From Longimicrobiales bacterium (lineage in GTDB: Bacteria > Gemmatimonadota > Gemmatimonadetes > Longimicrobiales > Gaopeijiaceae), in the NCBI GenBank assembly GCA_965248195.1, contig CBDFIQ010000002.1, forward strand, positions 1,696,001 through 1,760,000: DNA of 64,000 nucleotides. The letters run 5' to 3'. Of the stretch, positions 56,841-64,000 are shown piece by piece. Made by a program: the position numbers and the translations under genes. The notes beneath the pieces are model-generated. The model had not been told where the DNA came from, searched no databases, and was given only the letters and a program-made list of their open reading frames with translations. Position 1 is the first letter of the stretch; every line of letters begins with the position of its first letter.

Positions 56841-58473
56841 CCCCCCTTCTCGAGCCGCCCGACGCTCCCGCGCCGCCTTTACGGTGGGCGCGGGCATTTT
56901 TTTCAGCCGTGTCAGCGGGTTCATCCGAAGCGTGCTGCTGGCCTCGTTCTTCGGAGCGTCAGGCCTGATGGACGTGTGGGTAGCGGCTACCAAGATCCCC
57001 AACGTCATCCAGAACCTTCTGGGCGAAGGGACGCTCAGCGCCTCGGTGATTCCGGTATACGCGGAGTTCCTGGAAGAAGGGCGGGAGGAGGAGGCGGGGC
57101 GGTTCGCCGGGGCGGTGCTCGGCATCCTCATGACGGTGGCGGGGGGAGCCGCGCTTCTGGGGATGCTTTTGGCACCTGTCTTCGTCCCGATGGCGTTCTT
57201 CCGGTGGGATCCGGACAAGCTGGCGCTCACCACGATCATCGTTCAGATCCTGTTTCCGATGACCGCCGTGCTCGTGGTGTCGGCATGGGCGCTCGCGATC
57301 CTCAACAGCCACCGCCGCTTCCTGGTGTCTTATATGGCTCCGGTCGCGTGGAACGGTGCGATCATCGCAACCCTGGTGGCGATGGCGTTCGGCTTCGGCT
57401 GGTCCGGGCGTCAGCTCCTCCTCGCGGCTGCCTGGGGGGCTTTGGGAGGCGGGATTCTTCAGTTCGCGGTGCAGCTTCCGTACGTGGTGCCGCTCCTCGA
57501 GCACTTCCGTCTTTCCCTGGACCGGACCGTGAGCGGGGTGGGGGAGGCCATCCGAAATTTCGTGCCGGTGGTCATGGCCCGCGGCGTCGTCAACATCGGC
57601 AGTTTGCTCGACGTCGTCGTCGCCGGGCTGCTCGCAGAGGGAGCGCTGGCCGCTCTCGGATATGCTCAGATGCTGTACCTGCTCCCCATTTCCCTTTTCG
57701 GGATGGCCATCGCCGCCTCCGAGCTGCCGGAGCTCTCCCGGCAGCGCAAGGCCCCCGCCAGCGAGGTCGCACTACAGGTCTCGGCGGCCCTCGAGCGGAT
57801 CCATTTTCTCCTCGTCCCCTCCGTCGCCGCCTTCCTTCTGCTGGGCGATGTGTTCATCGGGGGCCTGTATCAACGCGGAGAATTTCGTTCGACGGACACG
57901 CCGGTGGTTTACGCCGTCCTCGCAGCGTATGCACTGGGTCTTCTCGCTTCCGCGGGTTCACGGGTACTGTCCTCCGCATTCTATGCGCTGCGAGACACCC
58001 GCACGCCGGCTCGGATGGCCTATCTCCGAGTGCTGGTGTCCCTGGCCGTCGGCATATCCTTGATGTTTCCGCTCGACCGGTTCACCTCCGCCGAGCTCCA
58101 CTACGGGGCAACGGGTCTCGCGCTGGGCGCGTCGGTGGCCGCGTGGCTCGAGTACGCCCTGCTCCGGAGGCGTCTGGCAAGTGTCCTCGGACCGCATGGT
58201 GCCGCCCCCTCCGTTCGCGGTCGCATCCTGGCAGCGACGGCCCTCGCCGTTCTCGCCGGGGTCGGCTCCAAGTGGATCCTCGGATCGACCGTGCCGCTTC
58301 ACGACGGCATGATTGCGGGACTTCTCGGTGACACGGCGCCCTGGCTCGTACAACCCGCGCTGGCCGCGAGCACAGCCTTCGTCTTTGGTGTTGCTTACCT
58401 TACCGTGACCGCCCGTCTCGGTGTCGGCCCGCCGCTCCGGCAGCTCATGGGGCGGGAACCCAAACACTTCTGA
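56824..58473 (+). CDS. murJ: Lipid II flippase MurJ (MviN)
   Basis: SRVSGFIR, IPNVIQNLLGEGTLSASVIPVY, LPISLFG and FYALRDTRTP. Confidence 0.96.
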   Translation: MTRTVSPPSRAARRSRAAFTVGAGIFFSRVSGFIRSVLLASFFGASGLMDVWVAATKIPNVIQNLLGEGTLSASVIPVYAEFLEEGREEEAGRFAGAVLGILMTVAGGAALLGMLLAPVFVPMAFFRWDPDKLALTTIIVQILFPMTAVLVVSAWALAILNSHRRFLVSYMAPVAWNGAIIATLVAMAFGFGWSGRQLLLAAAWGALGGGILQFAVQLPYVVPLLEHFRLSLDRTVSGVGEAIRNFVPVVMARGVVNIGSLLDVVVAGLLAEGALAALGYAQMLYLLPISLFGMAIAASELPELSRQRKAPASEVALQVSAALERIHFLLVPSVAAFLLLGDVFIGGLYQRGEFRSTDTPVVYAVLAAYALGLLASAGSRVLSSAFYALRDTRTPARMAYLRVLVSLAVGISLMFPLDRFTSAELHYGATGLALGASVAAWLEYALLRRRLASVLGPHGAAPSVRGRILAATALAVLAGVGSKWILGSTVPLHDGMIAGLLGDTAPWLVQPALAASTAFVFGVAYLTVTARLGVGPPLRQLMGREPKHF

Positions 58474-58483
58474 GTATCCGGTA

Positions 58484-60331
58484 GTGGCACGACTCGTACT
58501 TCAGGATCAGCTCAAGACCCTCCCCACCCGTCCGGGCGTGTACCTGTTCAAGGACGCCGGCGGCGAGGTTGTCTATGTCGGGAAGGCCGGCTCGTTACGC
58601 CCCCGAGTACGGAGCTACTTCAGCGCCTCCAACCAGTCTGCGAAGACGCGCGAAATGTTGCGGCACGTCGTGTCCCTGGAAACGATCGTCGTGGGATCGG
58701 AGGCGGAGGCCTTGATTCTCGAGGCCAACCTGATCAAGGAATATCAGCCGCGCTTCAACATTCAGCTCCGCGATGACAAGCGTTACCCCTACATCAAGGT
58801 CACCATCAAGGAGCCGTTTCCGAGGGTCTTCGTGACTCGAAAGCTTCACGACGACGGGTCCAGATATTTCGGGCCCTACACGTCGGTGGGGGTGATGCGC
58901 CAGGCTCTCGAGGTGATCAAACGGCTCTATACCGTTCGCTCCTGCAGTTACGATCTTCCGCGGGAGGCGCCGGACCGTCCCTGCCTGGATTACCACATCG
59001 GGCGATGCCTCGCCCCGTGCGTGGGTCTGCAGGATCAGTCCTCGTACGGCGACATGATCGCGGAGATTCTCAAGATTCTGGATGGTGACACCGAGGGTGT
59101 TCGCAATCGGGTCGAGGGCCTCATGCAGGAGGCCTCCGGCGATCTCGAATTCGAGCGTGCCGGCCGTCTCCGCGACGTCTTGTCCGGGCTCGATGCCTTG
59201 GCACGTCAGCAGCGCGTGGAGCGGCTCAGGGGAGGGGATTACGACGTCGTAGGCCTGGCCCGCGACGGTGACCTGGCCGCTACCGTCGTCCTCAGAATCA
59301 GATCGGGCGTGCTCCTGGGGCGCGACACGCAGAGATTTTCCGACGTCGGCGAGGAGAGTGACGCCTCTTTGATCACCACCTTTGCGTCCCGGTATTACTT
59401 GAGCAGCGGGAGGGGAGGGACGGGGGGGACGCGCCGAGGGTCGCGTCTCCCCAGAGAGATACTCATCCCCGCGGAGTTCGACGACAGAGAGCTCGTCGAG
59501 GACATCCTGTCCGACGAGGCGGGAAGAAGACTCCGCGTGTATGCCCCGAAGAAGGGGACGAAGGTACGCCTGTCGGAGCTCGCGGCCGACAACGCGCGCC
59601 ACGCCCTCGAGGACCGTCTCACCGCGCTGGAGCAAGTCGAAGACCGGGCCGAGGCAGTGCTCTACGATCTGCGGGACCGGCTCGATCTGAAGATCGTTCC
59701 CCGTCTCATCGTGTGTGTCGATATCAGCCATCATCAGGGCACGGAGACCGTAGGGAGCGCCATCGTATTCGAGAATGGCGCCCCCAAGAAGAGCGAGTAC
59801 CGGCACATGCGCGTCAAAGGAGAATGGGGAAACGACGACTACCGTTCCATGGCGGAGGTGGTCTCCAGATATTTTCGGCGGCGGGTGGATGAGGAGCGGC
59901 CCATCCCCGATCTTCTCGTCGTGGACGGCGGAAAGGGTCAACTCGGCGCCGCCCGTGGTGCACTCGAGGAGCTCGGCGTGACGGATGTCGCCCTCGCCGC
60001 GTTGGCCAAACGTGAAGAGGTCATCTTTCGCCCCGGGCGAACCGATGCGATCCGTCTCGGGCGAAAAAATCCCGCCCTCCACCTCCTCCAGCGACTTCGG
60101 GACGAAGCGCATCGTTTTGCCGTGTCCTACAACCGCAAATTGCGAAAAAAGCGAACCCTGCGGAGTGATCTTTCCGAGATCCCCGGAATTGGTCCCGAAC
60201 GGCAGAAAATTCTGCTCTCGCGCTTCGGATCCGTGCGTGGCGTCCGGGCCGCTACCGCCCAGGAGATCGCACGACTTCCGGGGATCAGCGAGAGGCTCGC
60301 CGTACGGGTTCTGACCTACCTGGGCAGCTGA
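58484..60331 (+). CDS. uvrC: Excinuclease ABC subunit C
   Basis: PGVYLF...YVGKA..LR.RV.SYF (GIY-YIG), DISH, DGGKGQ, RDEAHRFA and HhH. Confidence 0.97.
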   Translation: MARLVLQDQLKTLPTRPGVYLFKDAGGEVVYVGKAGSLRPRVRSYFSASNQSAKTREMLRHVVSLETIVVGSEAEALILEANLIKEYQPRFNIQLRDDKRYPYIKVTIKEPFPRVFVTRKLHDDGSRYFGPYTSVGVMRQALEVIKRLYTVRSCSYDLPREAPDRPCLDYHIGRCLAPCVGLQDQSSYGDMIAEILKILDGDTEGVRNRVEGLMQEASGDLEFERAGRLRDVLSGLDALARQQRVERLRGGDYDVVGLARDGDLAATVVLRIRSGVLLGRDTQRFSDVGEESDASLITTFASRYYLSSGRGGTGGTRRGSRLPREILIPAEFDDRELVEDILSDEAGRRLRVYAPKKGTKVRLSELAADNARHALEDRLTALEQVEDRAEAVLYDLRDRLDLKIVPRLIVCVDISHHQGTETVGSAIVFENGAPKKSEYRHMRVKGEWGNDDYRSMAEVVSRYFRRRVDEERPIPDLLVVDGGKGQLGAARGALEELGVTDVALAALAKREEVIFRPGRTDAIRLGRKNPALHLLQRLRDEAHRFAVSYNRKLRKKRTLRSDLSEIPGIGPERQKILLSRFGSVRGVRAATAQEIARLPGISERLAVRVLTYLGS

Positions 60332-60482
60332 GGACCAAGGCAGAGCAAGGAAAGTCCGAATCCATGTGAACTCTGGCAGGCGTTTTGCGGTATGTTGTAA
60401 AGAATCACGGCCCTTAGCGGCCGCTTCATGGCGGATCGAGCTTCCTCAAGTCCGGCATACACACGTTTCAGGAGAGAGTCAG

Positions 60483-61856
60483 ATGTACTTCGGGACCAGA
60501 TTGTTCGTCTTCGCGCTCGGCGCCGCATTAGTGCCTCAACTCGCCGCCGCACAGCAGGAGCCGCGCACGAGTAGGTATACTGCCATGTCTGCCTTGCGGA
60601 TCCAGGAGGCGCAAACGGCCGAGGACGACTCGCTCCGAGCGGAAGCCTACCGCGAGGCGCTCGAGGTCATCTACGATGGGCTCACAAACGAGGACGACAA
60701 TCCCGAGGCCTATCTCCATCTAGGGATCGTGCAGATCGGGCTCGAAAACTATCTGGCGGCGGACAGTGCGATGGATCGGGCCGAGGCCTTGTACCCCGAC
60801 TACGTGGACATAGAACGCGGGACCGGGGCGTACCGATTCCAAGGATGGTTGCAGGCCTATAACTATGCGGTAGGCAGGCTGGATGAGCAGGATACTCGGG
60901 CAGCCCTAGAGTTCTTTCACTTGGCGAACATGCTGTACGACAAGCGGCCCGAAGCCTACTTGAACATTGGGTCCCAGACCGTCGGTCTGGGTGAGCTCGA
61001 CGAGAGCATCGAGGCTTGGCGAGGTGCGATCGCCGTAATCGAGTCTCCTGACGCCGACCCCGGAGACGATGCGACCCGCCAGGCGTGGGACACGGAGTTC
61101 TGGCCCATGGCTCATGCCAACCTCGGCCAGGTCCTCGTAATGGCTGAACGTGCCGAAGAAGCCATCATCGTCTACCAGACGATGCTCGAACGCGATCCGG
61201 ACAATCTTCAAGTGCAGAGTTCTCTGGCCCTAGCGCTCTCTTCCTCAGGACAGGGGGACGACGCGCTTTCGATCTTCGACGACATTCTCGGGGCTGAAGA
61301 CGCGGCCCCGCTCGATTATTACAACGCGGGCGTGTCACTGTACCAGGCAGAGCGGTTTGAGCAGGCCGTCGAAGGGTTCGAGAAGGCACTCGAACGAGCT
61401 CCCATGTACAGGGATGCCTTCCAAAATTTGGCCCAAAGCCTCAACGCGATGGAGGACTACGAGGCCCAAGTCCCCTACTCGGAGAGGCTCCTCGAGTTGG
61501 ATCCCTACAATGAATTCGGCTACCGGATGCATATCCGGGCGCTGGTTGGGGTTGGGCGCCAAGACGATGGTGTCGCCGCACTCGATATCATGCAGGAGTT
61601 GCCTTTCGTGACCGACAATCTCCAGCTCCAGCCGATGAACGCCGGCGCCAGCGTTTCAGGCACGATCATAAACAAGACGTTGGAGCCCGGGACGACCGTC
61701 ACGCTGCGCTTCACCTTTTACGACAACAGCGGGAATCCTCTCGGCACTGAGGATACCGAGGTTACGATTTCGGACCCCGAGGTAGCGCATACCTTTCAGC
61801 TTACGTTCGATGCGGACATGCAGGTGTTGGGATACAGCTACGAGCTCGTGAGCTAG
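60483..61856 (+). CDS. Secreted tetratricopeptide-repeat protein with a C-terminal beta domain
   Basis: GGAG RBS; signal peptide; repeated TPR patterns (AYLHLG, AYLNIG, YYNAG, AFQNLA). Confidence 0.85.
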   Translation: MYFGTRLFVFALGAALVPQLAAAQQEPRTSRYTAMSALRIQEAQTAEDDSLRAEAYREALEVIYDGLTNEDDNPEAYLHLGIVQIGLENYLAADSAMDRAEALYPDYVDIERGTGAYRFQGWLQAYNYAVGRLDEQDTRAALEFFHLANMLYDKRPEAYLNIGSQTVGLGELDESIEAWRGAIAVIESPDADPGDDATRQAWDTEFWPMAHANLGQVLVMAERAEEAIIVYQTMLERDPDNLQVQSSLALALSSSGQGDDALSIFDDILGAEDAAPLDYYNAGVSLYQAERFEQAVEGFEKALERAPMYRDAFQNLAQSLNAMEDYEAQVPYSERLLELDPYNEFGYRMHIRALVGVGRQDDGVAALDIMQELPFVTDNLQLQPMNAGASVSGTIINKTLEPGTTVTLRFTFYDNSGNPLGTEDTEVTISDPEVAHTFQLTFDADMQVLGYSYELVS

Positions 61857-61915
61857 CTGTCGAAGATCTCTTACGGCCACCGCTGATTTTTTTTCGGCCG
61901 TCGCGGGCGGCCGTC

Positions 61916-61988
61916 GCGGGCGTAGCTCAGTTGGTAGAGCATCAGCTTCCCAAGCTGAGGGTCGCCGGTTCGAGTCCGGTCGCCCGCT
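61916..61988 (+). tRNA. tRNA-Gly(CCC)
   Basis: GCGGGCG/CGCCCGC acceptor; TCAGC-TTCCCAA-GCTGA anticodon arm. Confidence 0.97.
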
Positions 61989-62110
61989 TAGGCGGAAATG
62001 GAAGCCCGGTAAGGACTTAGAGCCTTGCCGGCTTCTCTCATGCCACCCCGATTCTGTCGCCAGTGTCACTCACAGTGACAAACCAGGGGCGAAAAAAAGA
62101 GGGGGTGTGG

Positions 62111-62625
62111 TTAGCTGGCAACCTCCTCCAAGCGTAACAGGCGGTTTCCGAGAGCCTCACGGTGGTCCTCGATCCTGAACTCCACGACCTCGGGCAGTGT
62201 CAACTTCTCTTCGTTCCACGCCCGTGTCCGCTGGTCGATCGTGTGACCGTAGACGTTTTCGATCATGCTCGTCGAGCGGTGGCCCATCTCACCCCGCACG
62301 GTCCACAGCGACACCGGAGCGCCGTGCTCGGCCGTGTAGAGCCGTGCTGTGGCGTACGAGTGTCTGAAGGCGGTGGCGCGTAGGGATCCGCGCTCGAAGC
62401 CCGCCCTAGTGCCGATCTGGTCGAGCGATTTCCGGACGTTGTCGATCATGTGTTCGTTGTTGCCGCCGCGGGTAGCAGGGAAAAGGAGGTCATGGAGCCC
62501 GCCGTCCTGCTCCCGCTGGATGAGGTACGCTCTGAGGATCTCCTCCAGTTGCGGGAAGAGCGGGAGCGTCCGCTCCGAGCCGGCGGTTTTCAGCCGACGC
62601 CACTTGTTCGGTCCGCAGCGGCTTC
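62111..62625 (-). pseudogene. C-terminal remnant of a tyrosine recombinase/integrase
   Basis: LKT..SER.LP, FRHSYAT (HxxR-like), MGH...MIENVY catalytic Tyr; N-terminus missing; adjacent to a tRNA 3' end. Confidence 0.82.
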
Positions 62626-63107
62626 GGCACCTGGAGTTCCCCATGATGCAAAGCTCGGCGACCAGGAACGTCTTCTCTCAACCTTCTCCAAGAACTTCGT
62701 GAATCTCAGGTACCCATATGAGAGGTATAGGAAGGAATCACCCGCGGACTTACGTGCTCGGGGTGAGAAATGGATAGCGGACGGTGCGCCGACCGAGGAG
62801 GCTGATTTCGTATACTACCCGACCGAGTTGGGCGGTCTTATACATGCGCTGCAGCAAGAGGTTGAGATGTGGCTCGAGGATCGTTGTTGAAGCGACGGCG
62901 CATTGAGACAGGCAGCTCGTAGGATAGTCGCGTAGATGAGTAGCTCGTAGTGCCTCTCTAAGCCACGAAATCCTCCACCCGCCCCTCTGTATACCGAATA
63001 GAACCCGAAGACGCTTAGGAGGCCATTCTGGGCGTCTGACGGGCTTCTGCTTGCGCCTGCTGCCCCACTCTCGGATGTTGAACGCGGTCTGATCCCGGAG
63101 TGTGCGC

Positions 63108-64000
63108 ATGTCATATCCACTCAAGCCGTGCCCACCAATTAGGCGGCTCCGTGCTCGGCATGTCCTGACGCTGCTCCTCCTAGGCTTGGCTGCCTGCGGT
63201 GAGGCCAAGACGCCTACCGAAACTCCCGACGTTCCTGTTGCCACAACCCTTGCACTCTCGGCTACGTCGCTGAGCTTCTCGTCCCTCGACGATACCCAGC
63301 AGCTATCTGCTACGGTCAGGGACCAGAACGGCGCGATCATGAATGGAGCGTCGGTCACATGGGTGTCGTCGGCGTCAAACGTCGCGAGCGTCTCTCCCAC
63401 GGGCTTCGTCACAGCCGTGGCCGACGGATCAGCAACGATCACGGCGACCACGGCTGGCGTGAGCGGGATGTCCTTCATCACGGTTCAACAGCGGGTCGCG
63501 ACGGTCGTGGTGACGCCGAGTACTGCGACGATCGTTCCGGGCGGAACCCTTCGATTCTCACCCGTAGCTCGTGATGCACGCGGCAATGCCGTTCCTGGCA
63601 AGAGCTTCGAGTGGTCGTCGTCCAACGAAGGCGTAGCGCTCGTGGATTCCGAAGGGCTGGTCACGGCCATCAATCTCGGCTCGGTGATGATCAGCGCCGC
63701 TGCGGATGCTGCGACCGGGAACGCCGACGTAGACGTTGCTGAGGTCTGGCTGCTCTCAGTTGACCAGTGCCAGATCGCGGGCTCCAGGCAAGAGGCGTTC
63801 GCAACGAACGACGTGTATCTGCGACCGGTAGGGGAGCTCCGGGCCATCCTCATATTCGTGGACTTCGACGACGCACCGGCGTCAGAGTCCATCGATGAAC
63901 TCTACGACCAGCTTGTCCCCGATGCCGTTGCCTGGTACGAGGAAGTTTCCGGGGGAGTCGCGACCTTCAGAGCGCAGGCTACCGAGCGGTGGTACCGGAT
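63108..64000 (+). CDS. Lipoprotein with two Big_2 Ig-like domains followed by the start of an M6-like metalloprotease domain (partial)
   Basis: Manual translation: GGAG RBS, lipobox LAAC, W.SS...VA.V...G.VTA twice, then GELRAILIFVDFDDAPA...WYEEVSGG; open to window end. Confidence 0.78.
   Translation, partial: MSYPLKPCPPIRRLRARHVLTLLLLGLAACGEAKTPTETPDVPVATTLALSATSLSFSSLDDTQQLSATVRDQNGAIMNGASVTWVSSASNVASVSPTGFVTAVADGSATITATTAGVSGMSFITVQQRVATVVVTPSTATIVPGGTLRFSPVARDARGNAVPGKSFEWSSSNEGVALVDSEGLVTAINLGSVMISAAADAATGNADVDVAEVWLLSVDQCQIAGSRQEAFATNDVYLRPVGELRAILIFVDFDDAPASESIDELYDQLVPDAVAWYEEVSGGVATFRAQATERWYR

Noticed and set aside
54769..60112. Long antisense ORFs (54769-56445, 58595-60112) and GC-frame overlaps such as 56976-58331
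   Set aside because: Shadows of bshC, uvrC and murJ caused by high-GC codon bias; no protein motifs.
61896..61921. 13-bp tandem duplication GGCCGTCGCGGGC overlapping the tRNA-Gly 5' end
   Set aside because: Most simply a slippage duplication; the tRNA is intact.
62750..63892. Minus-strand ORFs 62750-63481 and 63485-63892
   Set aside because: Antisense to the plus-strand Big_2 lipoprotein, which has an RBS, a lipobox and domain motifs.

Overview
GC-rich bacterial chromosome segment. Gene content and order (SusC/SusD pair, PorV-like protein, mcsA-mcsB-clpC beside bamA-skp-lpxD-lpxC/fabZ-lpxA, bshC) point to Gemmatimonadota. This is an inference and can be tested with the 16S gene in the window. 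Layout: (1) 1-16.4 kb envelope and accessory genes: M23 peptidase, DUF2914 protein, an IS3-family element, mltG, an uncharacterised polytopic membrane protein plus VWA-like lipoprotein pair, a frameshifted TIGR03546/TIGR03545-like fusion, susC (in-frame TAA) and susD, tRNA-Arg, a ThuA-domain protein and tRNA-His. (2) A full 16S-23S-5S operon with no tRNA in the spacer. (3) A ~7.5 kb mosaic just downstream of the 5S. It is bracketed by copies of the 5S 3' end and by a 143-bp direct repeat ending in a tRNA-Ile core. It carries IS256 elements, a Cys-rich microprotein, katG, gene debris and a stack of att-like junctions made of tRNA-Ile and tRNA-Pro fragments. (4) A long housekeeping run from era to a TPR protein, including prfB with its programmed frameshift, a hidden 44-aa membrane protein and two probable CTG-start genes. 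(5) tRNA-Gly followed by an integrase remnant and a Big_2/M6-like lipoprotein that runs off the window end. All family assignments come from motif recognition by eye; no database searches were run.
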